From Eledone cirrhosa (lineage: Eukaryota), in the NCBI GenBank assembly GCA_964016885.1, contig OZ024744.1, positions 30,318,001 through 30,382,000 on the forward strand: a stretch of 64,000 nucleotides of DNA. Reading direction: 5' to 3'. Positions 1 to 11,935 of the stretch are shown here, piece after piece. Under the pieces are notes generated by a model. It searched no databases and was not told the origin of the DNA. It saw only the letters and a list, made by a program, of their open reading frames with translations. How positions within the stretch are numbered: position 1 is the first letter of the stretch; every line of letters begins with the position of its first letter. Position numbers and translations under genes: made by a program.

Positions 1-2576
1 GAGTCTGCCACCTTAATTCCCTCAAGCTAAGTTATTACTATTCCTACATGAAAGACTGGTTAATCTTCATATATAACTTGTCTCGACTTGGTTAATTAAT
101 GACAATATTTGTGTTTTTCATTGCAGTTTTGTTTATTACAAAGCTTTATTCCAGAACATTACTTGAAACTTTATCATACTGGAACAGGACTCATTATAGT
201 AAGTTCCTTATACATAATTGTATAGGCTTATATAGGCAAATCTTTGCGTAACTTTAGCAAACACATTCGCTAAACAGAAAATGGCCTCAACAATGAAGAA
301 AATATGCAGGCAGTACAGCGTTGATTACTTACGGTTCAGATTCATCCCATCGCCGTCGAACCACCTGTCACCCATGTGTTTAATTTACAATGAGGTGATG
401 AAGCCATCGCCTTTGAGTAGACACCTGGAAGTGAGACACCCCGATAAGAGATATAAAGATTTAGCATACTTTCAGTCTCTTAGGGACCAATTCCAGAAAA
501 CAACACTAATTTCTTCTGCCTTTTCAAAAGTTGAAGCTTCAAATGTTGATGGACTTGTCGCATCTTACAATATTGCCAACATAATCGCAAAGTATGGCAG
601 GCCCCATTCCTTGGGTGAAACATTGGTAGCCCCTGTCATCTCAGAAGTTCTTTCAGCGGTACTACGTCAGAACCCGTTAAAGACCTTGAAATGTATTCCG
701 TTGAGTAACGACTCAATAAGGAGACGCATCGACGAAATGGTGGAAAATGTTGAACACAAATTATGCAACATCTTGAAATCGACACAATTTGCTTTGCAAC
801 TTGATGAAAGCACACTTTCCGGGAATCAGTCCTTACTACTGGGATACGTGCGATTTTTCTACCAAAACGAAATGCACGAGGAGCTTCCTCTGAATCTAGC
901 CACAGATACTAAAGGTGCCACCATCTTTGAATCTGCCAAGGGATACCTCGAAGAAAAAGAGATACCTCTTAACAATATTGTATCATGTGTTACGGACGGC
1001 GCAAGAGCAATGGTCGGCCAACATAAGGGTTTCGTCTCTCTTCTGAAGAGGGAAAATCCATCTGTATTTACTGTTCACTTGGCTGCGAAGAAAATCAGCG
1101 AGCCGCTGAGCAAGTCTTTGCAGATAGCCATTGATGTCATCAATTATATCAAACGCCATGCCCTCAATGAACAAATTTTCCGGCAACTGTGCGAAGATAA
1201 TGACGAAGAATTCGTCGAGTTGCTCCTTCATATTGAAGTGAGGTGGCTTTCAAAGGGCATGTGCCTTACTCGCTTCTTTGAACTGTTCGACTCTATCATT
1301 GAGTTTCTTCAAGGACGCAACATAGAACTGTATAAAAAAAACCTCGACATCTTCGACAAATGCAATAGCCTCATTATGGCTTTGCAGGAGGAGAAGATCA
1401 CCTTGTTTAAAGCAAGGAATGCTGTGAAAATATTCCTGGACAAATTGAAAGTCATCGAAAGAAATCTTTGTCGACGGGAATTCTATAATGTTCCTAGTGT
1501 CGCCAATGTTCAAAACATTGTGAGCGATGACCAACTCCAAATGTATACCACGCACCCCCGTGCACTGCAAGACAACATGAGAGAACGGTTTGTCGACCTT
1601 TTGCAGATGGACATCCCAATGTGGATAGCAGATCCCTTCATAGCTAACGTCGATGATTTGGATGTTATATTTCAGGAAGAATTAATTGAACTTCAGACAG
1701 ATGACATTATCAAAATTAAATTTTCCAAAATAGGTGAACCCCTTTTTTGGATGCAAGAGGAAATTCAGCGTCGATTTCCACTCCTACATGCAGAGGCTAA
1801 GAGATTTGCTTTGCCTTTTCCTAGCTCATACTTAGTCGAGAGGGGGTTTGGCGCTGTTTCCAGACTGCATAGTAAGGCTCGCAACCCCTACAATGTGATT
1901 GCACGTGGAGATCTCCGGCTACAGCTCACGAAAATCCAGCCTGACGTCAAAGAGTTAGCTAAACTCTATGAAGCTCAAGGGTCCCATTGATACGAGGTCA
2001 AAGTAAGTCGATTTTTTATTTGTAGTTGCAATCTGACTGGACTGGAAACCACTTACTCATTTGTTGTATATATTTTACCGTTTACTAATGAATATACCCT
2101 CTTACGTGGTCATGAAAACCCTCTTGCGTGGTCTCTAAGCTCACAAAGCAGAGGGGACATCAAGTTAGATATCAACATTTATTCTGTCCGTTTCATTAAA
2201 GGAAAAATTGGAAAGCTTTGAAATAATACAATTGCCACTTTCTTCCAGATAAGAGCACTCTTTGGATAGACAGAGTTGCTCTTGTATAAATGTTCAAAAT
2301 ACGTGGTATCGTCTGGTGGGAATATAACAAATTCAACTGGTCCTTATTCATAAAAAAGAACATTTATGTTCCTTTTTTTGAAATTTATATACTTCCTTTC
2401 AAGGAATGTATTTATACTCTCAGCTGCCTGCAATGGTATCTTTAGAATATCGTTAATCAATTGTTTAGTAATCTACTGATATCAAAATCAGTAGTATATT
2501 GAAAAATGGAAAAATAGGGTAGGGGGTGTTTCGTGATTTTGAGGGGCAAAATCGCGAAACGGGTTGAGAACCTTTG
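1..2576 (+). mobile_element. hAT/Buster DNA transposon, right part (left end outside the window)
   Basis: Contains the transposase ORF. Candidate right TIR gggttgagaacctttg (2561-2576; reverse complement caaaggttctcaaccc, similar to CAGTGGTTCTCAAC ends) is followed by the 8-mer ttttaaag with a central TA, as in Buster target sites. Confidence 0.6.
281..1990 (+). CDS. hAT-superfamily (Buster/Charlie; ZBED5/SCAND3/FAM200-like) transposase ORF, 569 aa, probably defective
   Basis: N-terminal RQYSVDYL and degenerate BED finger (CLIY...MKPSPLSRHLEVRH). Also PLSNDSIRRRI, catalytic motifs FALQLDES, VTDGARAM and SSYLVERGF, HIEVRWLSKG, and C-terminal DLRLQLTKIQPD. The CxxH motif is missing (VHLAAK). 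Confidence 0.88.
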   Translation: MASTMKKICRQYSVDYLRFRFIPSPSNHLSPMCLIYNEVMKPSPLSRHLEVRHPDKRYKDLAYFQSLRDQFQKTTLISSAFSKVEASNVDGLVASYNIANIIAKYGRPHSLGETLVAPVISEVLSAVLRQNPLKTLKCIPLSNDSIRRRIDEMVENVEHKLCNILKSTQFALQLDESTLSGNQSLLLGYVRFFYQNEMHEELPLNLATDTKGATIFESAKGYLEEKEIPLNNIVSCVTDGARAMVGQHKGFVSLLKRENPSVFTVHLAAKKISEPLSKSLQIAIDVINYIKRHALNEQIFRQLCEDNDEEFVELLLHIEVRWLSKGMCLTRFFELFDSIIEFLQGRNIELYKKNLDIFDKCNSLIMALQEEKITLFKARNAVKIFLDKLKVIERNLCRREFYNVPSVANVQNIVSDDQLQMYTTHPRALQDNMRERFVDLLQMDIPMWIADPFIANVDDLDVIFQEELIELQTDDIIKIKFSKIGEPLFWMQEEIQRRFPLLHAEAKRFALPFPSSYLVERGFGAVSRLHSKARNPYNVIARGDLRLQLTKIQPDVKELAKLYEAQGSH

Positions 2577-3779
2577 TTTTAAAGAATTACAATAAATATT
2601 ATTTTTACTACAAATATCTAAAAAATATCCTGAAATTTCAGTACAAAATAAATATAGGAATGTCGGGACGTTAAGAATTGAAATACATCTTTATTCACTA
2701 AAATATTATGAGTGGAAGTATCTGTGATTGGGTGGGTGATGTGTAATTGAACAGAAAAAGGTGTGCAATTGGAAATTTTGGTGGTCGATTATGAGATTTT
2801 GAGTATTAAGGTATTTCAACAAATACTACCCGAAAATATCTTTAAAGGAGATAACAAATAATAATACAAATAACCTTTATAAGAACAGACGGTTAAATGG
2901 GAATAACTGGGTCACATTTCTATGATACATTCCCGCAAACAAGGAAGATTTTTATAGATTCTATAATTCTGAGGTCATTTAACATTCAAATAATTCTTCG
3001 GACGAAAAACATTTTTTGTCTATATAAAACATATAAGAATAAACCACGAATAACTTTGCAAGTAAAATTTAATTTTTTCTATTTACGTTTTCCTTACATA
3101 AATATATTACCTGGAGTAGATTTTGAATACTTTAAAAGCCGTAACAATTTAAAACTGTATTTTCATAAATTCAATTATAAATGGTATAGTTTAGTTTAAA
3201 GAAATTATTTACATAGCGCTGTTTCTCCAATAAATGACTATTTCCCTTCTATAGCTGTGGCTTGAAATCAAGGCACCTCAAGTATTAACTTCTGTTTTCT
3301 CTATCATGAATTTTCACACATTTGCTCACTTGATGTTAAAATGACGTACACATGTTGTGTACTGTTTTTTAAATGTCGAATGAGTGATTTTTAATGTTTG
3401 TTTCGCAGGGGCGAAAGTAAAATAGCATCGAAAAAGTTTTAGGTATAACAAATAAATATATATATATTTGCCGCTTTATTTATTTTTTTTAATTAGTTGC
3501 TAGTAGTGTATATAATTATAAACATTATTTGTCATTTGCAACCCTAACTTTAAACATAAAATTATCTTTTAAAATCCTTATATATCCTTTATAATAAAAT
3601 CTGAGTTTCAAATGGTCAATTTGCTTTCATTTCTTCTTTAATACGGTAGAAGTAGTAACCGCCGCAAAAGTCAGCGTTATTTATTATTACACCATATTTT
3701 TACTACATTAGAAAAGGTCTGTTTATGAAACAGTAAACGTTTATCTGGCATTTTTCGTATGCTTTATAATAATTATTAT

Positions 3780-3858
3780 ACAGGTGGGCAGTAGAATTTT
3801 TTTTTTCTTCCATGTGAAAGTAGGCGAGGATAAAAAAATAAAATGTGGGGAAACCCTG
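3780..3858. mobile_element. isolated hAT-like terminus
   Basis: aaaatgtggggaaaccctg (reverse complement cagggtttccccaca) followed by cattagtt (nnnTAnnn). No partner end found. Confidence 0.35.
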
Positions 3859-4149
3859 CATTAGTTGTTCAATCCTCACATCAATTAGATTTACTGCAGT
3901 TTTTTTGTGTATTATAACACACTAGTTGCTCAAAATACAACACAGTGAGAATATTCTGAAGCAAGATTTACAATAGTGGTTTTTAAACTCTCCCGCGGGA
4001 CCAGTTTATTTAATATAAAAACGGAAGAATGTTTATATAGAGAGAAGTCTATGAAAAGGGGATACAGCAGGTTTAGTTCGTCCAACAAGTATAGTTAGTA
4101 TACCTGACGTTATCACACTTCGGAGAGAAAGTGATATAAAAATTCGAAT

Positions 4150-4640
4150 CCACTACTAAACTGGTACTTTATTTATCGATAACGAAATTTGACAACAGCG
4201 GAATTTGAACTCTCAATCGTCCACTGTAAATACTTCAAAATATTCTATTGTACGTTCAAACGACTCCGCCAATTTACCTCTTCACTGCACGTTACCATAA
4301 CAACCCCAGAAGAGTTTCGATTATAAGAAAAGAGACGATCATTGGACCAAAGAAACTACATTCCCAGTAGTCCTATTGTCGTTTGCCATTTGCAACTCCT
4401 GGTAGAAGGGAGTGAGATTTGAACTCAGAACGCACAAAGTCAGATCAGATACCGCCTAGAATCCCCCAGACATTTTAACAGTTCCGTCAATCCACTCTTT
4501 CGGGACAGGTACATCATTTTATTTACCAAGTAATGGAAGGTAAAATTGTCCACGGTAGTATTTGAACACAGAGAGCTGAACGCTAAAACCGGAATAAACG
4601 ACATATTTAGTCTGACGCTCTAACGACTTTGTTAATTCTT
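4150..4640 (-). mobile_element. cluster of about three decayed tRNA-type SINE remnants
   Basis: Repeated reverse-strand B-box-like atttgaac (4203, 4417, 4560). Also ctggtactttatttatcga, homologous to the better-preserved SINEs at 9468 and 18319-18682. Confidence 0.5.
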
Positions 4641-5033
4641 TGCTTATACACACGTGTAAAGTTTGGACATCTACTTTCCTATACAGTCAGATTTGTCCTT
4701 CTTCACACCTTGCCCTTTTTTTTCTCATTTCTTAGTTTTATCTTTCATATTTATGTAATTATCAATGGTTTTTAAGCCAACTTTGTGGACCAGAAGAATG
4801 GCCAGTGAGGTAGAAAGAGGGAGGGAGACTCTTGACAGCGTCCTGTTTGGATTTGAAAGATTTGTTAAATTAATTTAGAACAATTTATATATAAGAACAA
4901 AACCAAACAGGGAAACAGGATGAGGCTTCACGATAATTTTATTTACAAATTTGTTCAAGTAAATTGTTTAATTTCCATCTCTCTATGTTAGTACCTATCT
5001 ATTTAGAAACATACTTACCTAAGTGTGAATGCA

Positions 5034-5128
5034 TGTATGTATATATGTATGTATGTATATTTGAATGTATGTATGTATGTATGTATGTATGTATGTATGT
5101 ATGTATGTATGTATGTATGTATGTATGT
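5034..5128. repeat. (TATG)n microsatellite
   Basis: Direct reading. Confidence 0.95.
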
Positions 5129-5578
5129 TCTCTCTCTCTTAATTTTGAGTTTATTTTTGACCGGCCACCTTTCTGGTGGCAAGGTTATAAAGAAAAATAA
5201 ATTGTCGGCGTCTCTTGTGTTCGTCATTTGAATCGTAAGAATGTTTTACATATTTTGAAGTTTCTAGATATAGTAGGCATATGTAGCTTATGAATTAAGG
5301 AGTGATGTTCTTTTCCACAAATCCAACTTGAGTTATAGTTTAGTGTAAGCAGGTTGGTATATAACCTGTAGCTCCAATAATGATGTGTATGAAGCTGTAG
5401 GTGTATCTTGGATACTGGATCTGAAAACTCCTCATCAATGGTCCGTAGATATTCTCCTCTATTATTTTTCTTACCACGTTGACATCAAGTGGGCAGCTGA
5501 TCTCTACAACAGAGCATCTTTCAATGTGTGGTCCCAAACAACAATATCAGGCCGGTTGTGCTTTAATTTGGTGGTAAG
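5129..5578 (-). mobile_element. 5'-truncated R4/Dong-clade non-LTR retrotransposon: RLE C-terminus and 3'UTR
   Basis: Minus strand reads KLKHNRPDIVVWDH..CSVVEISCPLDVN..IIIGATG..ICKTFLRFK* with frameshifts, a PD-(D/E)xK restriction-like endonuclease. A ~95-bp 3'UTR ends at (CATA)n. Confidence 0.8.
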
Positions 5579-6312
5579 TGTATATGTACGTATATATGTA
5601 TGTCTTGTGTCTAATGATAAATTACATCAAATAACAAGTTCTCTGATCAGGAGATTGGAAGTTTTGAGGAGCTACTTCTTCATTGCTGTGGATCCAGGTC
5701 CACCCCAACCCGAGGGAAGGCACCTGTTAGGGTCCCAGCTATGGAGACATAATGAATCTGGCGGATGAAGGTCACTTATCGACACTCCAACGCCACCAAC
5801 AGGTTCCATGACCCATCAGCATAACTACACACCTAGGAAATATGAAGATTCCATAGCTCAATGAGTGGAAGAGTCTGGCATGTTGTATGGAAAGGTTAAT
5901 GGTCTACTATGAAACTGTGTTGGATATACACCCCACGGGCGAAAGAAGTTTAATTCCTATGGCTTGGAATAGATACCCCAACAACTTATATACCTGAGTC
6001 AGTCTCAGCTTAGGTTGGTCCACTGACTTTACCACTGACCGCCTCTTGTATCCATACATGTCGATAAGTGTCTCCCCCTGAATCCACATTAAATCATGAC
6101 ACAAGAGGGTCACCTACATGCTCGCAGAATTTGGGTCAACACTCTCATACAGTGAAATTCATAACATGCTACTGACTCTCATGGATCAACATGTACTACT
6201 ACTCATCAGCGAGCCATGTCTGTGCAGCATTCCCAGAAGTATGACGAGTCGCGGGTAAAGCCGAAGGGACCCCTATGCTCTGCGTTGCACAGGCAAGCTC
6301 ACGAAGTAAGTA

Positions 6313-7713
6313 AAGATTGCCTGTTGGAAGGTGAGTACGATGTCTTATACTGCAAGATTCAAGCTTCAGGCTCCAGAAAGACAGTCTCATTTATAGCCGC
6401 TGAAATGTAGTGTTTCAATATTGATTTGGCCTGCTGAAGTGAAGACAGAATCTATAAAGACGGTGAGTTTGTGGATGAGGATTACACTTTCCTCCCCTTA
6501 GGAAGGCCGATCTAAACTTGAAGATGTAGCTATTGCGCTCAAGACCTCTCTCAGACCATTCGTTGTATACTGGAAATTGGGCATGAAGCTCAGCAATGCC
6601 TGCCACGCATCAGTGATCAGTGTCTATCCGCCATACTTCAAAAGAATAGCGGAGGAAAACAGCAGCTCTTTGTTGTACTGTTAACAGTTCATACGGGTGA
6701 TTGTTTCTTTCTGCTCAGGGACTTCAATGCCAGAGTTGGTGCAGACAACACAATTTGGCCTGATGTCATTGGGCTGCATGGCCTAGGAGACATGAATAAG
6801 CCACGATTACTGCTACTTGAACATTATATACACCTTAGTCTTGCTATCTTCAAAACAATAGTCTGCTATCCTAACATCCATAAAGGAACGTGGAAGACCT
6901 CTAGATCAGAAAGTTGGCAGCACTACAAATCTGACTTGCTGGACTTTCGTATCCGACTCAGTACTGATTAGTGGACTGAACATCAATTGGTATGCGCTAG
7001 GTTAAAGTTACGATTCCACAAGTCTGTCGAAATGAGACGCCACACTGATCCAAAACGACTTAATACCAATCGTCTGAAAGTTCCAGAAAAAAGGGAGCAA
7101 CCCCAACAGAACATTTCTGCCAATTTGAAACAAATAAAAAAACCGCCTCCATAGACCAACATTTGGTAGTATTAAATTGATGTTCTGTACGAAACAACCA
7201 AGGAGACTGTTGGTTTGCAAGAAAATACGTCACAAAAACTTGTTTGAGGAGAATAACCTCATCGTTACAGACCAGTTAAAACAGAAACATGACAGTTTCC
7301 AGGCAGTTCTTAGAGTTGATTCCCTGCAAAAACACCAACGATACAGAACCGCTAGAAAAAAGTCAAACCGAGCTGCTCCGTGTGCTTGACCTTGCATATG
7401 AAATCGAACCATGATCCAAAGAGTTTCTACGAAGCTAACAACATTGGTCATCGGGGTTGGCACCCATCAATGATTCAGCTAGCAACAGGCTCACAGATTA
7501 GGGCGACATCCTAAAGCGTTGGCAGGAACAATTCGGCAATCTGCTAAACCAGCCAACAACACCAACCAGAATGTACTTGAAGATATTCTTCTGGGGTAGG
7601 TTCTAACATAATTGTAAGACCTACCAACAGCCGAGGACCTCTCAAAAGCTCTTAAACAGCTCTCATGCAACAAAGCACCTGGACAGGACTGCATCCTGTC
7701 AGAAGTCCTGAAC
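6313..7713 (+). pseudogene. decayed RTE-clade LINE ORF: AP endonuclease and start of RT region
   Basis: Frameshifted motifs KIACWKVSTM, NIDLAC*SEDR..YTF, SVISVYPP, DFNARVGADNTIWPDVIGLHGLG, HKGTW, WTEHQLV and LKQLSCNKAPGQDCI match the APE/RT N-terminal order of RTE elements. Confidence 0.8.
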
Positions 7714-7717
7714 GTGA

Positions 7718-8650
<933 letters not shown>

Positions 8651-8928
8651 ATGTTCCTTCAATTATTTGAATTCTTCTTGTAAGTAAGTAGTTAATTTCA
8701 ACCAGAAAGAGAGCTCCGTTGTTGGGATTTAGATAATAAAAGCAGTGAAGTGTTACTGAACTTTCGAAAAGTTTTCTATATTTCTATTGTTCCTTTTACA
8801 GATTGTATTTGTTCAATTTCCTTTTCTGAAATTAAAGCATTTATATTTATCTAAACTTCTTTCATTAGAACTTTGGTTTAGTTACGTTCCAAATACATAT
8901 CAGCTTAATAATGAGAAATATAGTGATA

Positions 8929-9067
8929 CAGTGTAATTCCCGTTATAACAAAATTCACGGGTATAAAAACATTCGTTGTAACGAAAAATTCGTTATAACG
9001 AGATCGACCTAACACATTGAACAAATTTCGTTATACTGAAAAATTCGTTATAATAGTATTTTACCTG
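8929..9067. mobile_element. Tc1/mariner (pogo/Tigger-like) MITE
   Basis: TA|cagtgtaattcccgttataac ... gttataatagtattttacctg|TA: imperfect TIRs, TA duplication and internal repeated ttcgttata motifs. Confidence 0.7.
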
Positions 9068-9184
9068 TATTACTAAATATTTGTAAATTTTTGATAGAAA
9101 AAGAAAAAAAAATTGATTAAGAAGAAAGAATAGTATGTAAAATAAGAAAATATATTTTTAAAAAACGGTAAAGAAAGGGAAAGG

Positions 9185-9280
9185 CAAGGGCTGTAGTGTC
9201 ACAGAAGAATAGGGAGGGGGAAATGGGCGGTCGATGGGCTCTGTGCCTAGGGCGCGGCGGTAATAGGGCTGCGCCCCTTG
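9185..9280. mobile_element. possible short GC-rich MITE
   Basis: caagggctgtag ... ctgcgccccttg imperfect inverted ends in AT-rich context. No TSD recognised. Confidence 0.3.
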
Positions 9281-9467
9281 GATTAGACCACAAGAGCATT
9301 GCTTAGCTAAGAAAGTTACTTATGCACTTACTAACGTGGCCATGTGCAGCAATATCTATATGTATATATATATGAATACACACACGCACACGTACATGTA
9401 TGTATATATCTGTGTGTATAAATTTACTTTTTACCTGCTACTTTATTTGTGTTCACCTGGGGTACAA

Positions 9468-9620
9468 GTGGCGAATTGTCAGAGACTTTAGAACGTCAGA
9501 TAGAATGCTTTATAGTATTAGTTCCGGTTCTCTGCACTCTCAGTTCAAATTACGCTGAGGTCAACTTTACATTTCATCTTTTCGAGGTCGATAAAAAAAA
9601 GTACCAGTTTAGTACTGGGA
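9468..9620 (+). mobile_element. tRNA-derived SINE, decayed
   Basis: A-box-like start, B-box-like gttcaaat, and body gaggtcaacttt..tttcatc..ggtcgataaaa..gtaccagt shared with 18499-18682. Confidence 0.7.
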
Positions 9621-10142
9621 TGGATTCTTCCTCTGTATCTCTCTCTCATTCCCCCCCCCCCTCTATCTTTCTCTGGAAGAAATCTGCTGTACTCAGACCC
9701 GGGGAGACGGAGGGGTTCCACCTGGCTTAAAATACCCAAGAAATGCCGTATATCAATACGGTGCCCCTACGACTCTATCAGGAGTTACGGGACCATATAT
9801 ACACATGCACATAATTGGGGTGGCCTAGCGACAGACCTAGGTTTCACTGTTGGTCAAGCCAAAGAGAACAAACTGTCGAAGTCTCGTTCGACCTCGCATA
9901 GGTTTGTGATCGAACATATAACAGTGGTAATTTCTAGTGTTCTTGGTCCCCTGGCATTATCCCTATTCGCTACTTATGGCTATTCCAACGCGTCTCCGGG
10001 GTAACGTTTTATCTATTTTCTCCAGAGGGACCACGGGGCGGCCTGTGCCAAACAATATTGACCCTCGCCATCCGGGCTCCTGTTATTGGGCTAGCGATGT
10101 TTGTTTAATTTGTTTTCGTATTTTCATATGGTATCTCTCTTG

Positions 10143-10357
10143 CACACACACAAACACACAAAAACACACGCGCGCACACACATACAGACACCCACGCACG
10201 CACATACACACACAAGCACACACATACAGACAGACACACACACACAAACGCGCGCACACGCACACACATACAAACACACACACACACACACACATACAGA
10301 CACACACACACAAGCACACACATACAGACAGACACACACACACACACACACACAAAC
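10143..10357. repeat. compound (CA)n microsatellite
   Basis: Direct reading. Confidence 0.93.
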
Positions 10358-10629
10358 AAGTCAACCCACTATCATAAGCAGAAGCGCGTCAATTAAAAAC
10401 TTAAAAACATGTGCTTGATAAGCTACATCCTAGGAAAATAAGTTAGGTTGGTCTTAGCAGTAGAGAGAGAGAGAGAGAGACGGCCTTTGACTACAGGTCA
10501 ACTCAACCTGAGCTGGCCTGTAGATAAACAAGAAAAATAAAAAAAATTAAAATTACGAACAGCAGTATACACATAGATTCCATAAACTTGCCCTTCACTC
10601 TTTTCTTTTCGTGTGTGAGTATATATATA

Positions 10630-10856
10630 TATATTAATAAGAGGAATTCCAACTTTGTCTGATTTACTCGTTTTATTTACAATCCTTTAAAATTTATAAT
10701 GGTATTATAATGAAATAGTATGATAGAATATTAAATTTTAAGTGTTAACATTTAATATTCTATCATACTATTTCATTATAATACCATTATAAATTTTAAA
10801 GGATTGTAAATAAAACGAGTAAATCAGACAAAGTTGGAATTCCTCTTATTAATATA
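10630..10856. repeat. perfect inverted repeat, 107-bp arms with 13-bp spacer; probable Penelope-like element footprint
   Basis: 10630-10736 is the exact reverse complement of 10750-10856. Lies between (TA)n tracts. Confidence 0.85.
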
Positions 10857-11019
10857 ATCTTCTATACACAATCATACACACTCGTGTATATTTATCTATC
10901 TATATATATATATATATGTATATATACTTATATATATATATATATACATATAAATATATATGTACATATATACGATATTAAACAAATGGAAACTATATTT
11001 ATATTTATAAAACCATATT

Positions 11020-11085
11020 TATTTCGTTATATATATTTCTGGGATATCATATTAAAAATATGTTATGCCTTCCTCAGACAAAATA
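11020..11085 (-). ncRNA. mirror copy of the hammerhead ribozyme motif
   Basis: Reverse complement of 11214-11279 in the left palindrome arm, with one difference at an unpaired stem II position. Confidence 0.72.
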
Positions 11086-11213
11086 CAATACATAAGCTGT
11101 TTTATAAATAATTAGTGACATACCTTGTGATAATGCAACTTCCTTTTAAAAAAGTTGATTTAAAAAGTTGATAAGGTATGTCACTAATTATTTATAAAAC
11201 AGCTTATGTATTG

Positions 11214-11279
11214 TATTTTGTCTGAGGAAGGCATACCATATTTTTAATATGATATCCCAGAAATATATATAACGAAATA
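11214..11279 (+). ncRNA. type I minimal hammerhead ribozyme motif
   Basis: Stem I tattttgt/acgaaata; core CUGAGGA 11222-11228; stem II ggcataccatatt-ttt-aatatgatatccc (11/13 pairs); GAAA 11260-11263; palindromic stem III atatatat; NUH = AUA 11269-11271. Confidence 0.75.
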
Positions 11280-11417
11280 AATATGGTTTTATAAATATAA
11301 ATATAGTTTCCATTTGTTTAATATCGTAAACCTACTCCAGAAACTGTTGAGTGCTTTTATATCAGTTATAAAATATTTACTCGTTGTAACCCAACAATCT
11401 TAAATAAAACTTTTGCA

Positions 11418-11553
11418 TATGTACATATATATATATATATACATATATATACATATATATACACATATATACACACATATATATACACATATATATATAT
11501 ATTATATATATATATATATACATATATACATATATATATATACATATATATTA

Positions 11554-11620
<67 letters not shown>

Positions 11621-11685
11621 ATATATATATATATATATATAAATACACATATTTATAAATGGATATATGTATTTGTACATATATC

Positions 11686-11725
<40 letters not shown>

Positions 11726-11850
11726 GAAACACACAAACAAACACACACACACACACACATATATATATATGTGTGTGTGCGTGTGTATACAAATATGTAT
11801 GCACAGAAGTGCGCGGGCACACACACACACACGTGAGTGTGTGTGTATGT
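11418..11850. repeat. compound (TA)n/(TACA)n/(TG)n/(CA)n microsatellite
   Basis: Direct reading. Confidence 0.95.
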
Positions 11851-11870
11851 GTTTGTGTCCGTATTTCTGC

Positions 11871-11935
11871 TCCCCTTGCATGGTCTAGTGGTCAGGACTT
11901 AGTTTCAAGTCATGATGGATGCGAGTTCATTAGCA
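11871..11935 (+). mobile_element. degenerate tRNA-like head (SINE or tRNA pseudogene)
   Basis: A-box-like tggtctagtggtcagga and weak B-box gagttcat. No intact cloverleaf. Confidence 0.35.

Larger units (their letters stand above)
10971..11417. mobile_element. Penelope-like pseudo-LTR fragment forming an inverted repeat (156-bp arms, 46-bp spacer) plus an unpaired 89-bp extension
   Basis: 10971-11126 pairs with 11173-11328 with one mismatch. Contains a hammerhead motif and is flanked by TA-rich microsatellite on both sides. Confidence 0.7.

Noticed and set aside
983-1570. Two minus-strand ORFs
   Set aside because: Antisense shadows of the transposase ORF, with no motifs.
2897-3199. 100-aa ORF
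   Set aside because: AT-rich, compositionally biased (F/K/I/N/Y), no recognisable domain or splice context.
5640-6310. Separate gene or ribozyme upstream of the RTE ORF
   Set aside because: No credible motif or HDV fold found; may be RTE 5'UTR but cannot be supported.
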